DNA of 35,352 nucleotides, taken from NCBI GenBank assembly GCA_964609495.1, contig CAZSTA010000012.1, forward strand, positions 1-35,352, read 5' to 3'. The position numbers were made by a program, and so were the translations under genes. The notes beneath the pieces were generated by a model. That model saw nothing but the letters and a program-made list of their open reading frames with translations, did no database searches and was not told the origin of the DNA. This stretch comes from an uncultured bacterium (GTDB taxonomy: Bacteria > CAZSTA01). Of this stretch, positions 1 through 9,450 are shown piece after piece; position 1 is the first letter of the stretch; the number at the start of each line of letters is the position of its first letter.

Positions 1-60
1 ATTTTGCTTGGCGATCACATTATCCAATATAATAGTTACCGTCCATATCGCGTTGGCAGC

Positions 61-621
61 TCAATCTATGAAGTCACAGCCAGCGGAGCTGAATTCCATG
101 CGGTGGGACATCATCTCAACACCAAAACCGACACCAATTGAGATGCCAAGGCCCCATTGTATCTTTGGGTTGCCAGGCACGCCAAACCGTTCAGTACTCC
201 ACCCTTTGGGCGCTAGACGGAGGTTATCGTGCGCGGCGATCTTCCCTTCACCATCATATATATGTACTGCCTTCACGAAAGCGTCTGCTGAGCCCGTCCT
301 GAATCGAATCAAAACTGACCCAACCCGCAGACGATTCTCGTTGACAATCACTGGCGTCGGGATGGCGAAGTGAAACCAGTTTTCCATTCCTGATTTTCCT
401 TCAACTCGAATGTAAAAACCTGCGCGCCAAACTGAATCAACTCGATCCGGGTTTTCTATCTGCATGCTGTGACCGTGAACCCACATTGCATGTGCTAGTC
501 CAGGTGACGCTTGAGCGTTGCGAGCAAAAATAACTTCTCCTAAGGAAACACCCAAGAGACCAATCCCCGCATACTTTATTAAATCTCGTCTGTTAACTTT
601 CTCCCCTGTTACATCTTTCAT
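61..621 (-). CDS. Tat-exported (twin-arginine) protein of unknown function, DUF6623-like
   Basis: N-terminus NRRDLIK, hydrophobic stretch and AQA cleavage site. Strong RBS AAAGGAGGTG precedes the ATG at 621, so the ORF-track start at 639 is probably too long. The mature part (WVHGHSMQIE, NWFHFAIPTP) resembles DUF6623 from memory. Confidence 0.7.
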   Translation of the reverse strand: MKDVTGEKVNRRDLIKYAGIGLLGVSLGEVIFARNAQASPGLAHAMWVHGHSMQIENPDRVDSVWRAGFYIRVEGKSGMENWFHFAIPTPVIVNENRLRVGSVLIRFRTGSADAFVKAVHIYDGEGKIAAHDNLRLAPKGWSTERFGVPGNPKIQWGLGISIGVGFGVEMMSHRMEFSSAGCDFID

Positions 622-767
622 CTTATCACCTCCTTTCATAGAATAAAAAATACCACCCCCGAATATAATGGCTGGTTTCGCTATTGGCTACTCTATAATC
701 CAAGCGACCAGATACGGACTATAAGATTATCGCCTCCACCTGGATGGATATTTAGTTGTCTATTTGT

Positions 768-796
768 AGTATATCAATATTACGGTCTTTTGTCAA
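768..796 (-). promoter_or_regulatory. sigma70-type promoter for the Tat protein gene
   Basis: Minus strand TTGACA-17 nt-TATACT with extended -10 TG. Confidence 0.7.
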
Positions 797-861
797 GTTT
801 GTGAATTATTTAACTTGACATAACACAAGTTGTGGGACAGTGAAAAGCGAAAAGCTATTTC

Positions 862-1088
862 AACTCCCCCTTATAAAATCTCATATAATCGCTTGCTAGC
901 CTCGTTCTGCTGAGGACTCATATAACGGCTGAAGATGCGAATCTCCTCATCGCCAACTCGAGACTGAGGAGGTGAGAGCCAGCACCATCCTGAAGGACCA
1001 TAATGTCTATATCAATTTCAGCAAAGACCTTCTTCCACAGATCGCCATATTCAGCGGGATCTAACTCCCCACTGAAACAGGCGGAGAT
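862..1088 (-). pseudogene. Degenerate, internally deleted partial duplicate of the 3' part of the DUF4434-like gene
   Basis: 862-933 matches 1457-1539 with one copy of the tandem 11-mer CTCATATAATC lost. 937-1088 matches 1724-1875 with a few substitutions. Confidence 0.9.
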
Positions 1089-1122
1089 TTTGATTAAGAA
1101 ACTGGTGGCATAATAATTCTCC

Positions 1123-1332
1123 CTATTTCCTATCCGTGCTTACCTTTTCCGTATGTACCTTTTTTCGATCACTTTGTAGCGTTCCAAATAATTTAGTCCC
1201 ACAATTTTGACAGAGTTGCCACTCCGTTACCTCCTCTTCAAGTCCCCCCATCCACCTTATTTCTACAGTATAATAATCCCCACTTTCTACTGGAATTTCT
1301 TTACCACATTGATCACATAAAACAAAAAACAT
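1123..1332 (-). CDS. Small putative zinc-finger protein (CxxC...CxxC)
   Basis: 69 aa with CDQC and CQNC motifs; RBS GAGGAGG upstream of the ATG. Confidence 0.7.
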   Translation of the reverse strand: MFFVLCDQCGKEIPVESGDYYTVEIRWMGGLEEEVTEWQLCQNCGTKLFGTLQSDRKKVHTEKVSTDRK

Positions 1333-1446
1333 TTTATCCTCCTCTTATTTTCAAGATTTATAATTCAAAGTTAACATAACAAAGATATTTCCCGATCATT
1401 AGAGTGACAGCGAATATCTATCTCCATATAAAATAGCTTCTCTATC

Positions 1447-2484
1447 TTACCTCTTTAACTCCCCCTTATAAAATCTCATATAATCCTCATATAATCGCTT
1501 GCTAGCCTCGTTCTGCTGAGGACTCATATAACGGCTGAACTCGAAGCATAAGATCTTATCCACATATTCCTCCTCAGCATCTATCTGCTCTAATACCTTC
1601 CCCAAGTCTGCGGTAACAACTTCTCTAGGCTTAGAATCGATCGGCCAGCCATGGATCTGATCGAATATCTCCAAGTATGACCATAGCTTAATCCCCTCAG
1701 ATTCACAAACCCTTTTGAGAGCCGCGAATCTCCTCATCGCCAACTCGAGACTGAGGAGGTGAGAGCCAGCACCATCCTGGAGGACCATAATGTCTATATC
1801 AGCGGAAGCAAAGATCTTCTTCCACAGATCGCCATATTCAGCGGGATCTAACTCCCCACTGAAATAGGCGGAGATAGCAACAGGTTTACCGCCGGAGGTC
1901 TGATGACAAAAAGCAGTGAGTTCCGCTATAAATTCGGTTAGCAGAACCCTCGTTTCATCGTTACGCGAGTATATATCCCCTATCTCGTAAGGTATATACC
2001 AACCAGCGAAGGAAGAGAATGAACTATACCTTTCCCATAGCTCCTTGACAACTTTCTTGTTCCTCCTCAGCTCTCCTTGAAGAAACTCCTCGTTAAACTC
2101 TCCTTTCCACCATATGGAAGTCATAGCCAACCCCAAAAATACTCTCATCCTCCTCTTTTCCGCACCTGTCAGAATAATGCGAACTGAATCGAAGGTATCG
2201 GAGGCTCTAGCTAGAGCCGAAGGGTAGTAGGCGAATGTGTCCCGCATCGACCATTGAATAACCATTGTATCAAAGCCGATAGCTTGCATAAAAGATAATT
2301 CCTGCTCCCAATCCGAAGTGGCGTAGGGAAGAGGGAACTGAATAAACGCTCCTGATATCCGACCTTCGGGGATAACTATTATTCTACTTTCAGAAGTGGG
2401 ACGCGATCTCCTACCACAGCTTGTTCCAAAGAAGGCTATAATAGATATTATAGTTAATAACAGTAGGATATTTCTCCTCAGCAA
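1447..2484 (-). CDS. DUF4434-like putative glycoside hydrolase (TIM barrel) lipoprotein
   Basis: Signal peptide with lipobox-like FGTSC; motifs GAFIQ, GFDTMVIQWS, FAGWYIPYE and LQDGAG resemble DUF4434/DUF5109 proteins. Confidence 0.7.
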   Translation of the reverse strand: MLRRNILLLLTIISIIAFFGTSCGRRSRPTSESRIIVIPEGRISGAFIQFPLPYATSDWEQELSFMQAIGFDTMVIQWSMRDTFAYYPSALARASDTFDSVRIILTGAEKRRMRVFLGLAMTSIWWKGEFNEEFLQGELRRNKKVVKELWERYSSFSSFAGWYIPYEIGDIYSRNDETRVLLTEFIAELTAFCHQTSGGKPVAISAYFSGELDPAEYGDLWKKIFASADIDIMVLQDGAGSHLLSLELAMRRFAALKRVCESEGIKLWSYLEIFDQIHGWPIDSKPREVVTADLGKVLEQIDAEEEYVDKILCFEFSRYMSPQQNEASKRLYEDYMRFYKGELKR

Positions 2485-2508
2485 TCTTCACACTTCCTCT
2501 GTCTGACT

Positions 2509-3354
2509 CTATCCGATCTCGCTCAATATCTTTTTCGTGTTCTCTATACTCTTCTCCAATCCCACCTTAGCATCGCCTATTCCCTCGAACTCGATCGATA
2601 AGTATTCGGAGTAGCCTGCGGATTTAAGTTCTCCTAATACCGAGGATAGATCAACTATCCCCTCTCCTACCGCTGTGCCTTGAAAGAAACCACCACTTAG
2701 GGATGGATAGGAATGAGGAGTCCCTTCAGGAACTGGCTTGAAGTCCTTGAGATGGACATTGGCGGTAAGAGGAGCTAAAACTTTTGCGGCCTCCTTGGGC
2801 TTCTCATCGACTAGGAGGAAGTTGCCAGTATCAAAGGTAGCTCGTAGATAGCGACTGCCAACCTCATCGATGATCCCTTTGATCTGGGAACTTTTCCCTG
2901 CCAGTAACCCATGATTCTCAAGAGCTAAGACGATATCATACTTCTCAGCTATAGCGGCACCCTTCCGCAAGCCGTCAACGATCCATCCTCGGGCCTCATC
3001 AAAGGAGAACCCCTCCTTCAAATTACCGCTGAAGACTCGGATCACTTCCGCACCTAACTTTTGCGCGATCTCCGAACTTCTCTCGATATAGTCTGCTATA
3101 GCCTCTCTCTTCCCCTTATCATCCACTACAAAATCATTGCTTATCGCATAAGCAGAGACTGCTAACGAACTCCCCTTAATATAATCCACTACCTGGGGTA
3201 GCTCCTCGTCCTCCTTCTTCCAGAAGAAATCGAGCAACTCAACCCCTTGAATACCTATAGTCTCTGCATACCTCAAAAAGTCCATAACATCCATCTCGCC
3301 TCTTTGGAAGTAGCTAACTACACTCCACATACTTGCTCCTATTTTCACCTTCAC
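2509..3354 (-). CDS. Sugar phosphate isomerase/epimerase (xylose isomerase-like TIM barrel)
   Basis: GVEL, LALENHG, FDTGNF, HLKD and LSIEFEG metal-binding motifs. Start could be the GTG at 3348. Confidence 0.9.
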   Translation of the reverse strand: MKVKIGASMWSVVSYFQRGEMDVMDFLRYAETIGIQGVELLDFFWKKEDEELPQVVDYIKGSSLAVSAYAISNDFVVDDKGKREAIADYIERSSEIAQKLGAEVIRVFSGNLKEGFSFDEARGWIVDGLRKGAAIAEKYDIVLALENHGLLAGKSSQIKGIIDEVGSRYLRATFDTGNFLLVDEKPKEAAKVLAPLTANVHLKDFKPVPEGTPHSYPSLSGGFFQGTAVGEGIVDLSSVLGELKSAGYSEYLSIEFEGIGDAKVGLEKSIENTKKILSEIG

Positions 3355-3360
3355 TCCTCC

Positions 3361-4212
3361 TTAATCCAGATATAGATATTCTCTTAACCGCATAATTCGC
3401 TTAGAACTCTTAAGTTTTCGCAAAGCTCTGTTCTCGATCTGTCGAACCCTCTCCCTGGTGATATTAAACTCCTTGCTTACCGCTTCTAGAGTGCGAGGTT
3501 GACCATCGAGTAAGCCGAAACGTAATCTGATGATATGCTCCTCCCGAGGCGTGAGCCTACTCCTTAGAAGCTCGTCTATCTCTCTCCTCAGGAACGCTCG
3601 AGAGTATTCCTCTTCTGGAGTGAGAGTCTTTTCATCCACCAAGAAATCTACCAAAGGACTCGATTCTTCCTCCCCGACCAGCTTCTCCAAGGAGATTGGA
3701 GCTCGAAAGATATATATAATATCATCTAATCGCTTCCTTGATATACCAAGTTCCTTAGCGACCTCTTCTACCATAGGCTCTCGGCCTAATTCCTGTTCCA
3801 TCTCCTGGGAGACCCTGATATACCTACTCAATATCTCCATCAAATTGACGGGAACCCGAATCAATCTGGAATGCCTAGCGATCGCTCTCGTAATCCGTTG
3901 CTTTATCCACCAAATAGCATAAGTGCTGAACTTGAATCCTCTCTTGAACTCGAATTTCTCAACAGCCTTGATCAGTCCTTGATTCCCCTCCTGGATGAGA
4001 TCGAGAAATGGCAATCCCTGCCCTATATACTTCTTAGCGACATTGACGACCAAACGAAGATTAGCTTCGATCATCCTCTTCCTCGCAGCCTCATCGCCAA
4101 ATCTCAATCGCTGGCTTAGGCCCATCTCCTCTTCAACAGTAAGAAGCGGAATTTGACTTATCTCTTCCAGATATATTTTGAGTAGATCATCCGAATCGAT
4201 ATCTTCAGCCAA
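3361..4212 (-). CDS. RNA polymerase sigma70 factor, RpoD/RpoS-like, lacking region 1.1
   Basis: Region 1.2 [12 protein letters not shown], region 2 NLRLVV...[10 protein letters not shown]...[11 protein letters not shown], region 4.2 TRERVRQIE; 283 aa. Confidence 0.92.
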   Translation of the reverse strand: MAEDIDSDDLLKIYLEEISQIPLLTVEEEMGLSQRLRFGDEAARKRMIEANLRLVVNVAKKYIGQGLPFLDLIQEGNQGLIKAVEKFEFKRGFKFSTYAIWWIKQRITRAIARHSRLIRVPVNLMEILSRYIRVSQEMEQELGREPMVEEVAKELGISRKRLDDIIYIFRAPISLEKLVGEEESSPLVDFLVDEKTLTPEEEYSRAFLRREIDELLRSRLTPREEHIIRLRFGLLDGQPRTLEAVSKEFNITRERVRQIENRALRKLKSSKRIMRLREYLYLD

Positions 4213-4230
4213 CTCTCACCATTCCCTTTC

Positions 4231-5217
4231 CTAGATGTGGAGGTGACAAGCAACGAAGTGGCCTCCCCCAACATCCTTGAATTCGGGTTCTTCCTGCTTA
4301 CATATCGGCATTACATAGCGACATCTCGTATTGAAGCGACACGCGGGTGGAGGATCGATCGGACTGGGCGGATCGCCCTCTAGGATGATCCTCTCCTTCT
4401 TGACAGTAGGGTCAGGAATAGGAACTGCGGATAATAACGCTTGAGTATAAGGATGCAGAGGGTTCTTATACAATTCATTACTCTGCGCTAACTCAACCAC
4501 TTTCCCCAGATACATAACCGCCACTCTATTGCTTATATGCTCTACTACGCTCAGATCATGAGCGATAAAGAGATAGGTCAAGCCAAACTTATCTTGAAGA
4601 TCCTCCAGGAGGTTAATAACTTGAGCTTGGATGGAAACATCAAGAGCCGATACTGGCTCATCAGCTATGACCAATTTTGGATCCACCGCTAAAGCTCTAG
4701 CGACTCCGATCCTCTGCCTCTGCCCCCCGGAAAACTCATGGGGATACCTTCTCATATGTTGAGCGCGTAATCCTACGGTCTCCAACAATTGTAAGACCTT
4801 CTCTTCTCTTTCCCTACCCTTAGCCAGATCGTGTATGATCATCGCCTCCCCCACTATATCTCCCACAGTCATTCTTGGATTCAGGGAGGCATAAGGGTCC
4901 TGAAAGATGATCTGCATATCGCGACGTAGAGCGCGCATATCTTCCTTATCGAGAGCGAAGACATCTTTACCCTCGAAATATACCTTGCCTGCCGTAGGTT
5001 CGAGCAAACGTAGGATAACTCTTCCGGTGGTAGTCTTACCACAACCGCTCTCTCCCACTAAGCCGAGTGTTTCCCCTCGTTTAATAGTAAAGCTCACCCC
5101 ATCGACTGCCCTAACATTAGCCAATACTCGGGAGAATAATCCTCCCCTGATGGGAAAATATTTCTTTAGGTTCTGAACAATTAATATATCCTCTCCATTA
5201 GAACTCTGATCAAACAT
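4231..5217 (-). CDS. oppF: Oligopeptide/dipeptide ABC transporter ATP-binding protein
   Basis: Walker [30 protein letters not shown] and C-terminal Cys cluster. Confidence 0.93.
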   Translation of the reverse strand: MFDQSSNGEDILIVQNLKKYFPIRGGLFSRVLANVRAVDGVSFTIKRGETLGLVGESGCGKTTTGRVILRLLEPTAGKVYFEGKDVFALDKEDMRALRRDMQIIFQDPYASLNPRMTVGDIVGEAMIIHDLAKGREREEKVLQLLETVGLRAQHMRRYPHEFSGGQRQRIGVARALAVDPKLVIADEPVSALDVSIQAQVINLLEDLQDKFGLTYLFIAHDLSVVEHISNRVAVMYLGKVVELAQSNELYKNPLHPYTQALLSAVPIPDPTVKKERIILEGDPPSPIDPPPACRFNTRCRYVMPICKQEEPEFKDVGGGHFVACHLHI

Positions 5218-5232
5218 TTACTTCACTCTCCG

Positions 5233-6270
5233 TTATGCTGTAGTCTTATATTGCCTGATAGCTCTATCATACTCTAATTCCTTATATCTCCAACATCTAA
5301 CCAGATGCCCATCTTCGGCTTCCTCTAGCGGAGGCTCCTCATCTCGACATTTATCCACCACAAAAGGACATCGCGGATTAAATTTACATCCACTGGGGAG
5401 ATTAAGCGGGTTGGGAACTATCCCCTCGATAACCCTTAGACGCTCCTTATGCTCCGCATCTAAGTCGAGACGAGGAATTGATCCTAAAAGACCAATGGAA
5501 TATGGATGCTGAGGATTCTTGAATACCGTATAGGCATCTGCATATTCAACCGCTCTCCCCGCATACATAACCACCACTCTATCCGATACCTCAGCGATGA
5601 CACCTAAATTGTGAGTGATCATCAACATCGCCATCCCCAATCGCTCTTGCAGGTCGGAGATCAGCTCCAATATCTGAGCTTGGATAGTAACATCGAGCGC
5701 TGTTGTCGGCTCATCGGCGATGAGTAGCTCAGGATTGCAGGAGAGAGCCATCGCGATCATAACCCTTTGCCTCATTCCTCCGCTCATCTGATGAGGATAT
5801 TCTCTGATTCGTCGCTCTGCCTCTGAGATCCCCACTAAATCCAACATCTCAATGGTCTTATTCAATGCGGCTCTCTTATTCAAACCCTGATGGAGCATTA
5901 TCGCCTCGGCGACCTGATCCCCGATAGTATAGACTGGGTTAAGGGAGGTCATAGGCTCCTGAAAGATCATCGCTATCCTATTTCCTCGGATCTTTCGCAT
6001 CTCCGCCTCGCTCAGTTTGAGTAGATCCTGTCCTTGGAACACAATGGTTCCCTCAACGATCTTCCCCGGAGGACTGGGGATCAGACGCATAATGGAGAGA
6101 GAGCTGACGCTCTTCCCACAACCGCTCTCTCCCACCATTCCCAAGGTCTCCCCCTTTCTGATATCGAAATCCACTCCATCAACAGCTCTGACTATGCCAT
6201 CCTCGGTATAGAAATAGGTTTTAAGATCCTTAACATCAACTAATATCTCCCCATCGTTATTATTCGTCAT
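5233..6270 (-). CDS. oppD: Oligopeptide/dipeptide ABC transporter ATP-binding protein
   Basis: [36 protein letters not shown]. Confidence 0.93.
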   Translation of the reverse strand: MTNNNDGEILVDVKDLKTYFYTEDGIVRAVDGVDFDIRKGETLGMVGESGCGKSVSSLSIMRLIPSPPGKIVEGTIVFQGQDLLKLSEAEMRKIRGNRIAMIFQEPMTSLNPVYTIGDQVAEAIMLHQGLNKRAALNKTIEMLDLVGISEAERRIREYPHQMSGGMRQRVMIAMALSCNPELLIADEPTTALDVTIQAQILELISDLQERLGMAMLMITHNLGVIAEVSDRVVVMYAGRAVEYADAYTVFKNPQHPYSIGLLGSIPRLDLDAEHKERLRVIEGIVPNPLNLPSGCKFNPRCPFVVDKCRDEEPPLEEAEDGHLVRCWRYKELEYDRAIRQYKTTA

Positions 6271-6318
6271 TTTAACTCTTTACTCCTTCCATCATATAAG
6301 CAAATTGATCGCTCTCAG

Positions 6319-6530
6319 TTACAATTTGTTTTCTGTATATTCACTGATGAATTTATATATATTCCTCGCAATTTCTAGCGCTTCTTCGGCATTAGCTCTA
6401 CTATCAGGCTCTTCTCTACAACTTGGTGAGATAAGAAACAAACCTGAGAATAAAATTCATTATCCAAGCCTAATTTGGCAAATTCCAGATCATCTCCTGC
6501 TTTTGATAGCCAGAGTTCAAACTCCTCCAT
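6319..6530 (-). pseudogene. HEPN domain protein (MNT partner), internally deleted and frameshifted
   Basis: ATG at 6530 overlaps the MNT end and reads MEEFELWLSKAGDDLEFAKLGLDNEFYSQVCFLSHQVVEKSL (HEPN N-terminus), stopping at 6375. A second frame from about 6408 reads PDSRANAEEALEIARNIYKFISEYTENKL* (HEPN-like C-terminal helix). Confidence 0.85.
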
Positions 6531-6858
6531 CGTATATAACCTTTCCCTTCTTCAATATTTCCTCTCTAAAAAATAGGCTCTTCTCACAAGCCCTCTCATA
6601 TTCTTCAGGAGTATATACTATGATATCCGCACCTACATCGTGGTCACAGAGTAAAGCCACCTCTCTCAATCTATCAAAGAATCCTTTAGGCGTCTCTTTG
6701 ATTACCAATAGATCGATATCGCTAGTCTCGGTGATATTCCCGCTAGCCATTGAGCCAAAGAGGATTATCTTCTCCGGATGATATTTCTCTTTAAGAGAAG
6801 CGACGATCTTCTCAAGATTATATTCTAATCTTTGTTTTCTCTGTAGAACTGTAGTCAT
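6517..6858 (-). CDS. Minimal nucleotidyltransferase (MNT) antitoxin
   Basis: IILFGSMASG...SDIDLLVI (GS-x10-DxD) and DIIVYTPEE; 113 aa. Confidence 0.92.
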   Translation of the reverse strand: MTTVLQRKQRLEYNLEKIVASLKEKYHPEKIILFGSMASGNITETSDIDLLVIKETPKGFFDRLREVALLCDHDVGADIIVYTPEEYERACEKSLFFREEILKKGKVIYDGGV

Positions 6859-6894
6859 AATTATAAACCAGCAACAAGGAGTCCAAAACTCTGA

Positions 6895-8010
6895 TTATCC
6901 CATCGCTCTCCCGTGCGCTCTCGGATCGAGGGCATCGCGCACGCCATCACCGAAGAAGTTAAAGGCCAAAACTGCGGTGAAGATGAAGAATCCGGGAGAT
7001 ATTATCCAGGGGAAGGAGACTAAAACCCTCACTTGTTGAGCCGCTCTCAACATCAATCCCCAACTAGCTTGAGGCTCCTGAATCCCTACCCCGAGGAAGC
7101 TAAGGACAACCTCTCCTAATATATAACCAGGGATCGATAGGGTAGCCCCAACGATCACATAGGTCATAGTACTCGGGAGGATATGCTTGATTATGAGCCG
7201 AAGCGTGTTTGCCCCCATCGCCTCGGCGGCCACTACGAAATCCCGCTGTTTTATGGAGAGCACCATCCCTCGAATAACACGAGCTGCCCCTGCCCAACCG
7301 ATAAAACCGAAGATACATACTAAGACTAGATAGATCATAGCCGAGGACATAGAAAGAGGAAGAGCCGCTCTGATAGCTAAGATCAGATATAGTCCAGGGA
7401 CGGACATTAGGATCTCGCATAGCCTCATCATAAACCAATCCATCTTCCCCCCAAAATAGCCCGATATACCCCCGAACAATAGTCCCAAGGAGTAGGTGAT
7501 CGCTATGCCAAATAGACCTATCGATAGCGAGATCCGAGAGCCGAATAGGATGCGCGAGAAGACACAACGTCCTAAGATATCAGTTCCTAAAATATAGATA
7601 TTAGCTGGTTCTTCAACCCCGAAGAGGTGGATATCCCAGGGGATCAAACCAAACATCTTATATTTTGTTCCCCTGACAAAGAAATGGATATAATATTTTT
7701 CGCCTTTGACTGTTTCATATCTCTTTTGAATCATATCGGCTAACTTGTAGTTATAGACGAAGGGACGAAGGCTGAAATGTCCCTCTTCATCGAAAAAGTG
7801 TATCGCGGTGGGAGGATGATAGGACTTCTTCCTATTCTGAGTGTTCTCACCGTAAGGGGTAACGAAGTCCGCAAAGATCGCCAAAGTATAGAATATAATG
7901 AGTAGAATTCCTCCCAATACCGCCATCTGATTTCGATGAAATCTCTTCCAGAAGCCGATCCCCATCTTTGATTCTTTAGTTCCTATTTTCTTCTCCATAT
8001 CAATTTTCAC
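6895..8010 (-). CDS. oppC: Oligopeptide ABC transporter permease
   Basis: LGTDILGR, SRISLSIG, EAA-like loop FVVAAEAMGA, FNFFGDGVRDALDP. Start may be the ATG at 7998. Confidence 0.92.
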   Translation of the reverse strand: MKIDMEKKIGTKESKMGIGFWKRFHRNQMAVLGGILLIIFYTLAIFADFVTPYGENTQNRKKSYHPPTAIHFFDEEGHFSLRPFVYNYKLADMIQKRYETVKGEKYYIHFFVRGTKYKMFGLIPWDIHLFGVEEPANIYILGTDILGRCVFSRILFGSRISLSIGLFGIAITYSLGLLFGGISGYFGGKMDWFMMRLCEILMSVPGLYLILAIRAALPLSMSSAMIYLVLVCIFGFIGWAGAARVIRGMVLSIKQRDFVVAAEAMGANTLRLIIKHILPSTMTYVIVGATLSIPGYILGEVVLSFLGVGIQEPQASWGLMLRAAQQVRVLVSFPWIISPGFFIFTAVLAFNFFGDGVRDALDPRAHGRAMG

Positions 8011-8079
8011 TCACTCCGAGTATCTCCAATAAATCACTCACTATATATAGATGTTGGTATCAAGAACAACTCTGATCAT
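8000..8079 (-). pseudogene. Remnant of a PIN-domain toxin (extreme N-terminus and possible C-terminus only)
   Basis: ATGA overlap with the upstream gene gives MIRVVLDTNIYI* (8079-8041), the canonical PIN first strand and catalytic Asp motif. A shifted frame continues IVSDLLEILGVSEN* to 8000. Confidence 0.75.
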
Positions 8080-8435
8080 ATCGGCTCTTTTCTTATCTTG
8101 TGAATCTCCTCATCGACTATCTCCATCACCCTTTCATCGGTAAGTTGCTCATATTCGATCCCTCTCTCCTCACACCATTTCCTAAAAGAATCTCGGGCTG
8201 TCTCAAAATTTCTTTCTAATTCTTTCTTCTCCAAACATCTATCAATTCTAACCATATTCTCAATAACTTTTCCAAGCTCAGGCTTCGATGCCCCTTTTTC
8301 AATTAAAGCTCTGATCTCAAGTTCCAGAAGCCAACTATGTTTAAGTATTTGCGCAATTTTGATAATATCATTTATCCTTCTCTCAGGAAGACCCTCTATC
8401 GCTATCAAAAGTTTATTTTTTAACTCCTCTTTCAT
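8076..8435 (-). CDS. Hypothetical protein, probable antitoxin of the PIN remnant
   Basis: 119 aa, charged and helical, RBS GGGGGAG; its stop overlaps the PIN remnant start; C-terminus LTDERVMEIVDEEIHKIR. Antitoxin role is inferred from context. Confidence 0.6.
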   Translation of the reverse strand: MKEELKNKLLIAIEGLPERRINDIIKIAQILKHSWLLELEIRALIEKGASKPELGKVIENMVRIDRCLEKKELERNFETARDSFRKWCEERGIEYEQLTDERVMEIVDEEIHKIRKEPI

Positions 8436-8449
8436 AATTTCTCCCCCTT

Positions 8450-9415
8450 TTAATCATACCTTATCCTGGGGTCAGTAACAGCTAATAGTAGGTCAGCGAT
8501 CAGATTGCCAATCACAAGTAATACCGCTCCCATCACCAGGCTTCCCATCACTAGATGCACATCTTGATTAAAGAAAGCCTCTACGATTAAACGCCCCAAG
8601 CCGGGATAGGAGAAAACCACCTCAACTAATACGGAACCCCCCAATAATCCGGCCAGCCAGAAGCCAAAGATAGTAATGAGCGGATTGATGGCATTACGCA
8701 CCGCATGCTTATATATTACCACTCTCTCCCTCAGCCCCTTAGCCCTAGCGGTAGTTATATAATCTAAGCGGAGAACATCGAGTAGATTACCCCTCATCTG
8801 CCTCAGCAAACCAGCCATACCTGCTGTCCCTAAGACTATAGTGGGAAGGACCAGATGTCTTGCCATATCCCATCCTTTTCCCAAAAAGGATAATTTATCA
8901 AAATTTACGCTTTGAAGACCTCCGATGGGAAACAATCCGGTCTTAGCGGCGAAGAAGATGCAGAGCAAGGCAAAAAAGACATTAGGGATCGACATCCCAA
9001 AGAAGGCGAACATCGTTATGATCTTATCCCCTAACGTATAACGATGGACTGCGGAATAGATACCAGCCGGGATCGCTATTAACCAAGAGAAGAGCATCGT
9101 TGTAAGAGAGAGAATAAGGGTATTAAATAATCTCTGCTTTATCACTAAAAAGGCTGGAACTCTCCAAGCCAAAGAATAGCCAAAATCGCCCTGAACTAAG
9201 TTAATCAACCATTTGAAGTATTGGATGTAGAAGGGTCTATCTAAGCCAAATTTTATCCTCAGATTCTCCACAGTCGCCCTAGATATCTGAGGGTTCATCA
9301 CCAGTTTAGAGAAGAAATCTCCTGGAGCCAGACTAAGAGTTCCAAAAGAGATAAAGGTTATGACGATTATCATAGGGATAATCATTAGGAAACGGCGAAC
9401 CACATATACGTACAT
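8450..9415 (-). CDS. oppB: Oligopeptide ABC transporter permease
   Basis: LAPGD, GLDRP, GDFGYS, DYITTARAKGL, HAVRNA, DPRIR. Confidence 0.93.
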   Translation of the reverse strand: MYVYVVRRFLMIIPMIIVITFISFGTLSLAPGDFFSKLVMNPQISRATVENLRIKFGLDRPFYIQYFKWLINLVQGDFGYSLAWRVPAFLVIKQRLFNTLILSLTTMLFSWLIAIPAGIYSAVHRYTLGDKIITMFAFFGMSIPNVFFALLCIFFAAKTGLFPIGGLQSVNFDKLSFLGKGWDMARHLVLPTIVLGTAGMAGLLRQMRGNLLDVLRLDYITTARAKGLRERVVIYKHAVRNAINPLITIFGFWLAGLLGGSVLVEVVFSYPGLGRLIVEAFFNQDVHLVMGSLVMGAVLLVIGNLIADLLLAVTDPRIRYD

Positions 9416-9450
9416 AGTTGATCTCCCGAAACCGCACTTGATATTGGGTG

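Noticed and set aside
862-1875. Diversity-generating retroelement template/variable repeat pair
   Set aside because: Differences are not confined to adenines in one copy, the copy has deletions, and no reverse transcriptase is present in the window.
6305-6781. 158-aa plus-strand ORF
   Set aside because: Antisense shadow of the MNT gene and HEPN remnant, with no recognisable motifs.
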